UHGV virus genome: UHGV-0327455
Strand: one strand, 5' to 3'
DNA from: a virus
Length of the DNA stretch: 43,563 nt
The notes under the pieces are model-generated. The model saw nothing but the letters and a program-made list of their open reading frames with translations. It was not told where the DNA came from and searched no databases. Each line of letters begins with the position of its first letter. Positions within the stretch are counted from its first letter, which is position 1. A program made the position numbers and the translations under genes. Shown here piece by piece: positions 17,060-26,257 of the stretch.

Positions 17060-17417
17060 TTTCCTTTCCTTCCGTTATCTGCTGTCCAGCCTCCCACTCT
17101 TTGTAGAGCTGGATCCAGTCTTCTAATCTCATGGTGACCAGCCATTCTGACCGGTCCCTGCGGTGGAATACACAAGGCTTTTCCCCGGTCCTGGTGTCCC
17201 TTTTTGACTGTTCCATGGCTTCCTGGAGGTTGAGCCGTTCCACTCTCTTACATTCTATATGGATGCCTGGGAGACCGATCACATCCGCGTCACCGCTGAT
17301 CCCGCAGAACTGCTGCCCTCTGCGGCAGTCATAGCCGTGATCTCTTAACTTTCCGGCCAGTTCTCTTTCTCCGCGTTTTCCTTTTTCCCGTTGTGATTTT
17401 CCCATAACGATCCTCAT
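17031..17417 (-). CDS. Holliday junction resolvase, Hjc/RecU-like PD-(D/E)xK nuclease
   Basis: GKRGERELAGKLRDHGYDCRR...GDADVIG...IHIECKRVE matches the Hjc-type G-x-ERE / D-x-D / E-x-K motif arrangement. Confidence 0.55.
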   Translation of the reverse strand: MRIVMGKSQREKGKRGERELAGKLRDHGYDCRRGQQFCGISGDADVIGLPGIHIECKRVERLNLQEAMEQSKRDTRTGEKPCVFHRRDRSEWLVTMRLEDWIQLYKEWEAGQQITEGKENAKTAEARS

Positions 17418-17557
17418 CTTTCTTTAAAAAGGGGCGGCGGTCAGCGAATTGGGTTCATGGTCCGCCCCTTCAGGTACAACACCTCTGGTCATTTAATATC
17501 GTGACATATAAAACTGACCTTCAAGGTAATAAAACAAGCTTTTTCAAACACAACGGA

Positions 17558-18310
17558 TTATCCGATGATAGTAATGCGGTTTCTGAGTTCCATATCCTGT
17601 TCTGACAGGACTAACTCCAGATAATCTTTGATCTTTCTTACTGCTTCTGTCTTCCAGATGCCGCCCTCTGCCTCCACCAGCTTAAATTCTGGTGTGCCTC
17701 TGTCTCCAATACGGAATACAAACTGGCTGACCGGCTGTTCTACTTCCTGGAAGGTACGGTAAGGTCTTAACTGGACCGGGTTTGGTACGATCGCATCTGC
17801 CTTGGCTGCTACTCCCACAGTCATAGTTGCCACCTGGGTACAACCGTCATCGGAATAGGTCTGTTCATTCTTTCTTTCAATATTTCCGGCAAGCAGGAGC
17901 ACTGCATCCAGATCCGCTGTTTTTGCAAAGTTAGCCTGCAGGCTGATCATAAAGTTTTCCTGGTCGTACCACTGGTCAAAGTGGAAGCCGGAAACCTGGG
18001 CATCTGTTTCAAACAGGACCTCTCTTTTACGTTCCCCATCCAGGGCAGACATCAGCCTGACTTTTGTAGGACTTACTACATGGATGATCATCCTTCTGCC
18101 TTCCGTAAACTCTTCCCTGCAGTTTACGATGTAATCTGCCAGTGCTGAAAGGGTCGTGGCCTTTACAGGATCGGCATAATTAGCCGTATCATATCTTCTC
18201 AGTGTCTTGTTGGCATATGTATGGCCGCAGATCTCCACTACTTCTGTTTTCTCATTTTCCCTGGCAAGATCTTCCACATGCTCCAGGGCATCTTTTAAAC
18301 CTTCTAACAT
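17558..18310 (-). CDS. hypothetical protein
   Basis: 250-aa ORF in the recombination/replication module. Confidence 0.45.
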   Translation of the reverse strand: MLEGLKDALEHVEDLARENEKTEVVEICGHTYANKTLRRYDTANYADPVKATTLSALADYIVNCREEFTEGRRMIIHVVSPTKVRLMSALDGERKREVLFETDAQVSGFHFDQWYDQENFMISLQANFAKTADLDAVLLLAGNIERKNEQTYSDDGCTQVATMTVGVAAKADAIVPNPVQLRPYRTFQEVEQPVSQFVFRIGDRGTPEFKLVEAEGGIWKTEAVRKIKDYLELVLSEQDMELRNRITIIG

Positions 18311-18344
18311 CGATCATCTCTCCTTTACTCATTTATCTTTTTTA

Positions 18345-18770
18345 TCATGCCTGCTGTCTTCTTAAGTCGATCGGCCCGTTCCTTCTGTCCTCAAAGATCT
18401 CACCGGTCTCCGGATCCACCCTTCTGCCGGGGCTGACCTCTTCATAAGCAGCTGCAGGGATCTCCTGTACCGGATTGACCTGTGGAAGCCTGCTTCCCGG
18501 CTCTGACATATCAATACGGCCCGTACTGGAGTCCTGTCCCACCAGGAACATGGTCTCCGCTTTCTTAAATCCGGCCAGTTTCGGCTTCACGTTATACTCT
18601 ACCTTCAGGTTCCCACGCCCGGCCGGTTTGAACTTGATATTGATCGTCATTTCCCTGGCAGCTTCCGGATCCATGTTCGGATCCAGGATGTTCCTTCCGA
18701 TCTGTCTCAGGGCCATGTTGAACTTCTCCTGCAGCCCGCCATTGCCAATGCTATCAAATGTTATCGCCAT
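18345..18770 (-). CDS. hypothetical protein
   Basis: 141-aa ORF downstream of RecT. Confidence 0.45.
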   Translation of the reverse strand: MAITFDSIGNGGLQEKFNMALRQIGRNILDPNMDPEAAREMTINIKFKPAGRGNLKVEYNVKPKLAGFKKAETMFLVGQDSSTGRIDMSEPGSRLPQVNPVQEIPAAAYEEVSPGRRVDPETGEIFEDRRNGPIDLRRQQA

Positions 18771-18800
18771 GCCTTGATCACCTCCTTTCTATCATGCTTT

Positions 18801-19550
18801 CTAATTGAAAAAGTCATCAGCTGCATCCATCTGTGGCTGTGGCATTGAAGGAACAGGCTGCTGCACATCTGCTTTTTCTTCAATAACCGGCTGTGTCTGC
18901 GGATCAATCACATCTCCTGCTGCATACTCCGGCTCTGCAGCTCCCATTTCTTCCGCTACATACATGCCTGCAAATGACTGCGGAAAAGCTTCCCTTAATG
19001 CCTGCACTGCTGCAACTTTCCGGATCATGGTTGCAGGCTTCTTGGACCACTGCGAATTAAGGCTTCCGTCTTTCTTCTTACCTGCATACTCATCAAAAGA
19101 AACCTCCATGCGGAAACTGTGACTTCTGTCTTTGCGAAATACTTCTGCATAGCCTCCCACTAATATTTCACCGGAAAGCTTCAACGTTCCCTGTCTGTAA
19201 CTAATCTCACCTGTTTCTTCGTTCTGGACAATGATACCTGCTTCCATGCCGTCATAGCTTGCATGTGCCTCTGCCCTCTTGAAATATGCGTCCTTTCCAA
19301 CTACCAGAGTAGCAGGCTCATTTCCATACTTGATGCAGTACGCTTCACGAAGCCATGGATTAAGACCGGTAAAGCGGCACAGATTAATAAACATTGCTAC
19401 TTCCTGATCAGATACTCTGTCCTTATCCCCACTGATCAGATAATTCTTTACTGTTCCAGGAGTAAGCGTTACCTGCATACCGTTTGCCATATACTTTGTA
19501 GTCTCTACCTTCTGTACCGGCTTATTAACCAACTTATTTGCTACTGCCAT
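18801..19550 (-). CDS. recT: RecT-family single-strand annealing recombinase
   Basis: QEVAMFINLCRFTGLNPWLREAYCIKYGNEPATLVVGKDAYFKRAE is the typical RecT core. The C-terminal tail is acidic/Pro-rich. Confidence 0.8.
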   Translation of the reverse strand: MAVANKLVNKPVQKVETTKYMANGMQVTLTPGTVKNYLISGDKDRVSDQEVAMFINLCRFTGLNPWLREAYCIKYGNEPATLVVGKDAYFKRAEAHASYDGMEAGIIVQNEETGEISYRQGTLKLSGEILVGGYAEVFRKDRSHSFRMEVSFDEYAGKKKDGSLNSQWSKKPATMIRKVAAVQALREAFPQSFAGMYVAEEMGAAEPEYAAGDVIDPQTQPVIEEKADVQQPVPSMPQPQMDAADDFFN

Positions 19551-19565
19551 TTCTATATCCTCCTC

Positions 19566-20462
19566 CTACTGTTTTGGAACCGGTTCAAACCGGATGCTAT
19601 TTTCTTTTAAAAATCCTTTTAACTTCATCAGCTGCTCCCTGGTGGCATAGACCCTAAAATCGATCACATTGACCGGCTCTTCCACAGTCTCCATTTTTGG
19701 CTCTTCTGTCTTAACCGGTTCTGCTGGAGCTGCCTGTACCGGCTCCTGTCTTCCGGCTGCCATTACCTTCTCAGCTGCAGCTTTCCGCTGTGCCTCCTGC
19801 TCTGCCTTTCTTCTTGCCAGATCTTCCTGATACAGCCTGCGGTTCTGTTCCTCTGCTTCCAGCTGGTTCCTTTTCGCCATGGCAGCACCAATATCATAAG
19901 TCTCTAAAAAGACTTTCTTCATATCACCGGCATAAGGGCTGTCCACTTCATTTAAGATAGCCAGGCCCTCATCTACCTTCTGGATCAGCGCCAGGATCTC
20001 TTCCTTAATGGATTTCATGGAAGTAGAAACAAGGGAATATCTTGGCTGCATCACACGTTCAAACGGAAGATACTTGCCAATGTCATGGATGTTATCCTCA
20101 TAGAATTCCCTGACCTTGGCTGTCTTTTCCTCACATAAGCGCTCTTCATAGCCTTTGACCTGGCCGTCAATGTTATCGATCGCTTTTTTGATAATTGCTG
20201 TAAGATCATCAACTTCTAAACGGAAGGTCTCATAAGGCTCCATAACCTTTTTGCGTACTCTGGATTTCTCTGCTTCCAACGCATCTTTAAACTTATTTAA
20301 CTTTGTTCTGTCTTCTTTAGCCTTTTTGATCATGTCATCTGTATAAACAGATGCTGCATATTCCGCAGAAATAGGCTCTATATAGCTTTTAAGCTCTTCA
20401 TAATTCCACTCGATCCGCTTTAAGAAGCTGTCTTCCGGGTTATAAACTTTCAATTCCAACAT
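19566..20462 (-). CDS. DUF1351 phage protein (RecT-associated)
   Basis: Positioned between YqaJ and RecT as in many Firmicute siphophages. The likely start is MLELKVY (ATG 20462, after an AAAGGAGAACAGAC RBS), not the ORF-track start at 20534. Confidence 0.55.
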   Translation of the reverse strand: MLELKVYNPEDSFLKRIEWNYEELKSYIEPISAEYAASVYTDDMIKKAKEDRTKLNKFKDALEAEKSRVRKKVMEPYETFRLEVDDLTAIIKKAIDNIDGQVKGYEERLCEEKTAKVREFYEDNIHDIGKYLPFERVMQPRYSLVSTSMKSIKEEILALIQKVDEGLAILNEVDSPYAGDMKKVFLETYDIGAAMAKRNQLEAEEQNRRLYQEDLARRKAEQEAQRKAAAEKVMAAGRQEPVQAAPAEPVKTEEPKMETVEEPVNVIDFRVYATREQLMKLKGFLKENSIRFEPVPKQ

Positions 20463-20476
20463 GTCTGTTCTCCTTT

Positions 20477-21130
20477 TTACTGTAATGGTGGAAGGACTCT
20501 GTTTGGGCTTGTCCCTGTAACTACACAGTTCCAAAGCCTGCGTTCTGCATCTACCAGAAAACAGATATCATCTTCCACCTCTTCGCGCTCTATAAATCGT
20601 TCTATCGTTTCAAGGCGCATTTCTTCTCCATACCAGCTCTTCAGCTGGGCTTTTAATACTACAAAGTCATATTCTGTTACCGCCAGATAATGAAGGACTT
20701 GGCAGTAATAGTTATCCGGGATCCCTTTTCTCCATTTCTCCCACTGGGAAGACCGCAGGATATTGGATGTTTTGATCTCCAGGATCCCATGTCGTCCGGT
20801 ACTGTCCAGAAGTTCTCCATCCAGAGAAGCGTGCATCCAGGGATATTTTGAATTGATAAACATGTTATTTTCATCATAGGAAACTTTGTATTCCGGATGA
20901 TCCAGTACAAACAATGCTCTGAGATACTTCTCCGCCTCAGTTCCATACTGGACGTAATCTTTATCAGAAATATCTTCCGGAAGCACCAGTCCAACCTTTT
21001 CTTCCCATAACTGCACGTTGTTCTTATATGGATTTCTTCCAACACAGGCAGCCGCATCCGAACCGCCTATATGGTTCTTTCTTCCCTGCAGCCACTCTTC
21101 CCGGCTGTTAAACAGCTTTTTAGTCACCAT
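20477..21130 (-). CDS. YqaJ-like exonuclease (lambda-Exo-like PD-(D/E)xK)
   Basis: HIGGSDAAACVGRNPYKN..LWEEK and LEIKT match the YqaJ viral recombinase domain. Confidence 0.75.
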   Translation of the reverse strand: MVTKKLFNSREEWLQGRKNHIGGSDAAACVGRNPYKNNVQLWEEKVGLVLPEDISDKDYVQYGTEAEKYLRALFVLDHPEYKVSYDENNMFINSKYPWMHASLDGELLDSTGRHGILEIKTSNILRSSQWEKWRKGIPDNYYCQVLHYLAVTEYDFVVLKAQLKSWYGEEMRLETIERFIEREEVEDDICFLVDAERRLWNCVVTGTSPNRVLPPLQ

Positions 21131-21190
21131 TCGTAAGCCTTTCTAACATCTTTGCTTTGCAGCTTTCCCCAACTTTTTCCATAAAAGTTG

Positions 21191-21439
21191 TCAACATAGC
21201 AATTGCATGATAATCGTCTTCTGCAAGAGTATTAATCGCATCTTTGCTACTGCCATTACCGTAGCATCTGCTAAACCTTGAATCATCGCAGAACTTCTTA
21301 ATCCTTTGCCACCCATTACAGCTAACTGAATCTGCTGCTCTTCTTTCTTGGAGCCCAAACCGATTGCCACAACCAGTTCACAGTCTTCAATTTTTCTTAC
21401 TCTTCCGTCATCCAGTGTAATCTTCGTTTTTACCATCTT
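21191..21439 (-). CDS. hypothetical protein (start revised to MVKTKITLDDG)
   Basis: GGAGAAGGAGAAAAGCAAG-ATG RBS at the internal Met. The ORF track extends 13 codons upstream without an RBS. Confidence 0.4.
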   Translation of the reverse strand, partial: KMVKTKITLDDGRVRKIEDCELVVAIGLGSKKEEQQIQLAVMGGKGLRSSAMIQGLADATVMAVAKMRLILLQKTIIMQLLC

Positions 21440-21614
21440 GCTTTTCTCCTTCTCCCTCCGTATAATGAGGGTGTACAATTTTTTCTTTTGGACCTATCGC
21501 AGTTGCCGCTGCCTGGGTCCTTTTTTATGTAATCTCTGCATGCCTGTAAGCGGCTTCTTTCCATACACCGATTCTTCTTGATGCAAGTACCGCACTGGTC
21601 TTTCCACACAACCA

Positions 21615-21833
21615 TCACAGCACCTGGACCACAAGCGCAGCCCCAAGCATCATGAAGACTATCACCCACATGCCACCGACTATAAATGTCTCCGTGATGC
21701 CTACCCAGTCCACAGTTTTCTTCTTTGGCCTGGTTGCCTGCACTGCCACATAAGACAGCTCCATGCCTGTCCGACCGTCATAGTTCTTGATCTTTGCCAT
21801 TGCTTCTCTCTCCTTTCCAAGCTTGTCCACCAA
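21615..21833 (-). CDS. small membrane protein (C-terminal TM)
   Basis: 72 aa with a hydrophobic C-terminus (FIVGGMWVIVFMMLGAALVVQVL). It overlaps an alternative Cys-rich ORF (21430..21669), which I consider less likely. Confidence 0.35.
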   Translation of the reverse strand: MVDKLGKEREAMAKIKNYDGRTGMELSYVAVQATRPKKKTVDWVGITETFIVGGMWVIVFMMLGAALVVQVL

Positions 21834-21841
21834 GGCCGCTC

Positions 21842-21997
21842 TCAGGCGGTCTGGATCACTTCTGTATTAGGAATTGTCAAAAGCGATCTGTAGCAGATGC
21901 TATTAACAATATCTCTTCTCTGTTCCTCTGGAAGTTCATCCAGAAGCAATCTCTGTTCTCCAATCCTTACATGATTGGTAAAGGTAATCTCTTTCAA
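21842..21997 (-). CDS. small hypothetical protein (51 aa, TTG start)
   Basis: Own translation with a strong GAGAGGGGTGGTG RBS before the TTG. Below the ORF-track cutoff. Confidence 0.25.
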   Translation of the reverse strand: MKEITFTNHVRIGEQRLLLDELPEEQRRDIVNSICYRSLLTIPNTEVIQTA

Positions 21998-22051
21998 TAT
22001 CACCACCCCTCTCTCTTGATCTGTATGCCCTGAAGCATGTACTTGTTGCTA

Positions 22052-22555
22052 TTAATCTGGCTCCAATGGCAAATCTTCCGTAGTTCTCTTTTTAAACTTA
22101 TTTTGAATTTCCTGCTTTGAAACCGGAACCCCAACGAGTTTTACATAAAACCGCTCTCGGCCACTGGTATAGGTTACTCCACATTCTTTAAACTTCTTGT
22201 CATATCGTAAAAAGGCCATTCTTTTACTTGGTGCATTCATATAAAGCTTGAAATCTGGTAAAGAATCAGGCCAGACTAAATACCGACAATCCTTTCCGCC
22301 ATAATCCAATTCAGCATCAATCAACCAGTCGACCGTTCTTTCAAAAACCTTTGAAAGCTTCTCTAAATCGTCCAGATCAATTCTGACCTTCACGTTCTCA
22401 ATTCCAACCAGCCGATGTTCCTTAATGCCAGCAAGCTTAGCAAGTTCCTTCTGCGTTATGCCCTTTTCTTTTCGGGCTTTGACAATGTTATTTGCGATGT
22501 CGCAATAAAAATCAAAGCCAATATGTTCCAAACTATCTGACTCATAAAAACACAT
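22052..22555 (-). CDS. XRE-family HTH protein with C-terminal domain (first early gene after cro-like gene)
   Basis: HTH NNIVKARKEKGITQKELAKLAGI. It contains palindrome copy 4, which encodes YCDIAN. Confidence 0.55.
   Translation of the reverse strand: MCFYESDSLEHIGFDFYCDIANNIVKARKEKGITQKELAKLAGIKEHRLVGIENVKVRIDLDDLEKLSKVFERTVDWLIDAELDYGGKDCRYLVWPDSLPDFKLYMNAPSKRMAFLRYDKKFKECGVTYTSGRERFYVKLVGVPVSKQEIQNKFKKRTTEDLPLEPD
22492..22505. repeat. palindrome variant TTGCGATGTCGCAA (copy 4)
   Basis: Same variant as copy 3. Confidence 0.85.
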
Positions 22556-22628
22556 CTATCTCACCCCTTTTCATTCCTAATTCTCCGTGTTACAATTTCT
22601 CTATCAAATTCACAATACGGAGGTGCTT

Positions 22629-22916
22629 ATGAGCAACAAAAACCACAAACCTATTATCACGCCTGATTTACTTCCTAAAATTTCTTCAGATATTACCGAT
22701 GATTCTTTAAAATACTTATCCAGCAAACAACAGCAAGCTGATTTTAAGAAATCTAATGCCTACAAAAAATATGTACAACCTGTTCTTGATCGTGAAAAAG
22801 TTCTTAAAAAGCAGCAGCGTTCTGAATGGTTTTGGAATAAATTTCTTCCTCTTTGTAATTTTTCTCTTGCTCTTATTGCCGCTGTTACCGGAATACTTGC
22901 ACTAATAATGAAATAA
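22629..22916 (+). CDS. membrane-anchored small protein (C-terminal TM); possible lysogeny-expressed moron
   Basis: Likely start ATG 22629 after a GGAGGTG RBS (the ORF-track start at 22587 lacks an RBS). The C-terminus is FLPLCNFSLALIAAVTGILALIMK. It is convergent with the cro-like gene. Confidence 0.45.
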   Translation: MSNKNHKPIITPDLLPKISSDITDDSLKYLSSKQQQADFKKSNAYKKYVQPVLDREKVLKKQQRSEWFWNKFLPLCNFSLALIAAVTGILALIMK

Positions 22917-23036
22917 TATTTATTCCCATAGACAACCCGACCATGATAATCAAGCAATGGGTTCTCCTAGCAGCTATTTCTGCCATTGCAGCTGCATATC
23001 CATTAATTTCATTTTTTTCATGCTCTTCCACTTCTC

Positions 23037-23237
23037 TCACCCCTCTCTTTCTTCTTCCGCAAAATACTCTACCGGCACATCAAAATACTTCGCCAGAATC
23101 ATGAGCTTGTCAAATTTAGGATTATATCTTCCATATTTCCAATTTGTTAATGTAGAAGTAGATACCCCTGTTTGCTTTGCTACTTCATAATCAGTGATAC
23201 CAGCTTTGTCTCTTAGTTCTGCATATTTCTTATACAA
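23037..23237 (-). CDS. Cro-like XRE-family HTH regulator (TTG start)
   Basis: HTH ITDYEVAKQTGVSTSTLTNW. A perfect AAGGAGGTG RBS lies 7 nt before TTG 23237. The ORF-track ATG at 23270 has no RBS and sits inside a consensus plus-strand promoter. Confidence 0.65.
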   Translation of the reverse strand: MYKKYAELRDKAGITDYEVAKQTGVSTSTLTNWKYGRYNPKFDKLMILAKYFDVPVEYFAEEEREG

Positions 23238-23263
23238 ATTTACACCTCCTTGGCTAAACTCTA

Positions 23264-23292
23264 TTGACATTAGCTAAGATTTCAAATATAAT
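23264..23292 (+). promoter_or_regulatory. consensus sigma-A promoter TTGACA-17-TATAAT directed toward CI-like repressor operon
   Basis: Exact hexamers are read at 23264..23269 and 23287..23292. The TTAGCTAA operator-like palindrome lies in the spacer. Confidence 0.6.
23270..23277. promoter_or_regulatory. operator-like palindrome TTAGCTAA (site 1; ACATTAGCTAAGAT)
   Basis: An 8-bp palindrome repeated at 23324..23331 (CCTTAGCTAATAT), 54 bp centre-to-centre (about 5 helical turns), in the cI/cro intergenic region. Confidence 0.45.
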
Positions 23293-23323
23293 CAAGGTGT
23301 CATTCAAAGTTATATGCGAAACC

Positions 23324-23331
23324 TTAGCTAA
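23324..23331. promoter_or_regulatory. operator-like palindrome TTAGCTAA (site 2)
   Basis: See site 1. Confidence 0.45.
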
Positions 23332-23442
23332 TATTTTGTTGCTTGCTTCTGTATCAAAGCTATGTCTGTATAATAGCATTGATTTCAATGTTTGTCAACT
23401 ACATATGGCTTCTTTTTCGTACTTATTTTTTAGAGGTGGCTT

Positions 23443-23871
23443 ATGTATGAAATTTTTGAACTATTATGCCGGAAAAATGGAGTAACCCCTTACCGTGTTT
23501 GCAAAGAAACTGGCCTCACTACTGCTACAATTAGTAACTGGAAAGCCGGTCGTTATGTTCCAAAAGCTGATAAAATGCAGAAAATTGCGGATTATTTTGG
23601 TGTTAGCATTGAATATCTAATGACCGGAAAAGAAAATGCTGTAACTGAAAAAGTCCCAGAACTGACATCACGGGATGAAAGAGACATTGCAAAAGATCTG
23701 GACCGAATCATGGGAGAAATTCAGAAAGGTGATGATGGCCCGCTATATTACAATGGTATTGAAATTGACAATGCATCTCTGAACCTACTCCAGAACGCCA
23801 TTGTATATGCCCTCAGAGAAACCAAGAAAGAAAACAAAGTTAAATACAATCCAAATAAGAATAAAAAGTAG
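23443..23871 (+). CDS. CI-like XRE-family repressor (ImmR-like)
   Basis: N-terminal HTH GVTPYRVCKETGLTTATISNWKAG. It is followed by an ImmA-like peptidase, as in ImmR/ImmA pairs. Confidence 0.75.
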   Translation: MYEIFELLCRKNGVTPYRVCKETGLTTATISNWKAGRYVPKADKMQKIADYFGVSIEYLMTGKENAVTEKVPELTSRDERDIAKDLDRIMGEIQKGDDGPLYYNGIEIDNASLNLLQNAIVYALRETKKENKVKYNPNKNKK

Positions 23872-24325
23872 GTGTCGCCGTTTGGAGACTGTAAACCATA
23901 AGATTCGTCGTTTAATCAGGTACTATGAACATCTAACCGGCAGCCGGGATCCTGTTACTATTGCACGGTACGCCGGGATCCAGATCGCAGTATTACCGTT
24001 AGGCAATATTTCTGGAAACTACAAACTTCTAAAAAGAAAATGTTGGATTTTTATAAATGAGGATATTCCATCTGACAGTTCACTTTTTCGGGTTGTTGTA
24101 GCACACGAATTAGGTCATGCTTTACTACATAGAAAAGAGAATTGTGCTTTTCTAAAAAATAAAACATTACTGCTTACATCTGGAATAGAAAGAGAAGCAA
24201 ATTTGTTTGCCGCTTCCCTTTTGATATCAGATGAAATGTTGCAAGATTATACTGTATACACTCAGGACCAGTTCTGTCAATGCACAGGATATCCTAAGGA
24301 ATTGCTTGAATTAAGGCTGAAATAA
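23801..24325 (+). CDS. immA: ImmA/IrrE-family zinc metallopeptidase (anti-repressor protease)
   Basis: HEXXH motif VVAHELGHALLH. The 5' end overlaps the repressor gene by about 70 nt, so the exact start is uncertain. Confidence 0.75.
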   Translation: MYMPSEKPRKKTKLNTIQIRIKSRCRRLETVNHKIRRLIRYYEHLTGSRDPVTIARYAGIQIAVLPLGNISGNYKLLKRKCWIFINEDIPSDSSLFRVVVAHELGHALLHRKENCAFLKNKTLLLTSGIEREANLFAASLLISDEMLQDYTVYTQDQFCQCTGYPKELLELRLK

Positions 24326-24354
24326 GCAAAAATACTACAGATAAGGAGTTTGTT

Positions 24355-24648
24355 ATGTTTACTCGTCTATATTTAGAAGATTTTAGAATTTTTAAGGATC
24401 AAACTATTCATATAGGGAATACTATTACCGCTATAGCTGGACATAATGCCACTGGAAAGTCTACAATTTTAGGAATTCTTGGAAATACCTGTGAACTTAA
24501 GAGTAAATTCGGAACAACTATTACTGATAAACAATTTAAAACTGAATTTTCTGAACTATTCAAGGGTTCAAAAGCTTTTGACAAACGAAGTGGAGATATC
24601 GGTACTCTTTTTTACCTCCCACAAGATAATGATAACGAGATTATTTGA
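24355..24648 (+). pseudogene. N-terminal fragment of OLD-family/ABC-type ATPase (Walker A GHNATGKST), terminated by frameshift/stop
   Basis: MFTRLYLEDFRIFKDQTIHIGNTITAIAGHNATGKSTILG is the typical OLD/AriA/AAA_15 N-terminus. The ORF is only 97 aa. The downstream ORF continues in the -1 frame. Confidence 0.5.
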
Positions 24649-25235
24649 CCAGTAATAATCGAAAGATAAATATTTATTCAGAAGACGCTGAAGCACGATA
24701 TTTCATAAGACATATGCTCGCTGACTATAAGGATCATTTTCGCCTTTTAGACATTAAATTAGGTGGAGAATCTCTTATGAATCTTTTATATAATGACCCT
24801 GATTACTTTAAAAATGTTCTATTTATATTAGACGGAGATAAAGATTTAGCAAAAACCAAATACGCCGAATTACCTGCTAAACATTGTAATGTTATTTTCT
24901 TACCTGGTAACGAAGGACCAGAAGCATTACTATACAATTATTTAATCAATCTCCCTCCAACTCACGAAATCTTACAGGAAAATTTCGACAAAGGTATATC
25001 CATTAGAATGTTTAAAGAAATGAATCCTCTGACTTCACCCAAATATGCTTCATATGAAAAAAATCGTGAGAAATACAAGCACTGGTTCATAGATAATCAA
25101 GCTATGTTTGATGATCTAAATATTATGCGATATTGGTGTGAAGATAACCAAACAGATCTTGATACATTCAAAAAAACATTTGTTAATCGATTTAATATTT
25201 TAGCTTCCAGAACCAAAATACCTAAAATCAATTAG
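24645..25235 (+). pseudogene. TOPRIM-like (OLD/AriB/DUF4435-like) C-terminal fragment, no independent ATG+RBS
   Basis: INIYSEDAEARYF (E motif) and VLFILDGDKD (DxD motif) resemble TOPRIM. The frame is open only from 24636 and starts at TTG. The first in-frame ATG (24714) lacks an RBS. Confidence 0.4.
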
Positions 25236-25288
25236 TTCTGGCCAAATATCTATAAATATGATAAGCTGACTAAAGGAGGTGAGATTAA

Positions 25289-26161
25289 ATGTCGATAAAA
25301 AATCCCTTACGCTATCCTGGTGCTAAATCTAAGTTATATGATTATATATGCAAATTACTTATTGCAGAGCAGCGAACCGGATGCACTTTTTACGAACCAT
25401 TCGCTGGCAGTGCTGCCATATCATTGCTACTTTTGGAAAACCAAGTTATCAGCAAGGCTGTTCTTAATGAACTTGATCCCTTGCTTTATAACTTTTGGTT
25501 CTCTGTGTTTAATCACACTGAAGAACTGATTACGCTTATTAGAAACACTGATATTACATTAGAAAATTGGCATGAGTTTTCTCTTTATAGAAATAATGAT
25601 TATCTTCAAGACAAAACATCTGTTCAAATAGGTTTTGCTGGTTTATTTTTAAATAGAACTAACTTCTCTGGCATACTAAAGGCCAATCCACTCGGTGGGC
25701 TAAATCAGCAATCTCAATACCCTATTAATTGTCGATTTAATAAAGATAAGATTATTAATTCCATTCAACAGCTTTCGCTATATGGAAATAAAATAACTCT
25801 TTACAATTTAGACGCTATTGACTTTATGAAGCAAGCACTACGATATAAACGGAACAGAAAAACTTTTGTATACATAGACCCTCCATACTATAAAGAAGGA
25901 GCTAATTTGTATAGATGCTATTATACACATGAGCAACATATGCTTTTATCTAAATTTATCCTATCCAAAACCTACCCATGGCTGATTAGTTATGATAATG
26001 CTGAAGAAATTCGGAAAATGTACAAACAATTGTCTCCATTAACCATACATATGGACTACTCCGTACATACCTCAAGAAACGCCGAAGAGTTACTCATATC
26101 TAATATAAAAATCCCACCCATGGAACCTTCATCTACAACTATTGAACCACTAATTGGTTAA
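25289..26161 (+). CDS. dam: Dam-family N6-adenine DNA methyltransferase (D12 class)
   Basis: Motif I FYEPFAGSAAI and motif IV YIDPPYY. RBS AAAGGAGGTGAG. Confidence 0.85.
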   Translation: MSIKNPLRYPGAKSKLYDYICKLLIAEQRTGCTFYEPFAGSAAISLLLLENQVISKAVLNELDPLLYNFWFSVFNHTEELITLIRNTDITLENWHEFSLYRNNDYLQDKTSVQIGFAGLFLNRTNFSGILKANPLGGLNQQSQYPINCRFNKDKIINSIQQLSLYGNKITLYNLDAIDFMKQALRYKRNRKTFVYIDPPYYKEGANLYRCYYTHEQHMLLSKFILSKTYPWLISYDNAEEIRKMYKQLSPLTIHMDYSVHTSRNAEELLISNIKIPPMEPSSTTIEPLIG

Positions 26162-26257
26162 TAGATTTTCTCTTACATTTATACGCTGAACTATTTCCGG
26201 TTTGGAAACACTTCAGAACTAACCATCTAGATTTTCATACGGTTAAGAAAGGAGCCT

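Noticed and set aside
21430-21669. Cys-rich 79-aa ORF overlapping the 72-aa membrane ORF
   Set aside because: The two overlap in different frames. The membrane ORF has the more protein-like composition. The Cys/Arg/Gly-rich one looks like an alternative-frame artefact, although I cannot fully exclude it.
24636-24648. Programmed frameshift joining the ATPase fragment to the TOPRIM-like ORF
   Set aside because: GAGATTATTTGA offers no canonical slippery heptamer, and a stop-stimulated +1 shift lands in the wrong frame. A mutational or sequencing frameshift (pseudogene) is more parsimonious.
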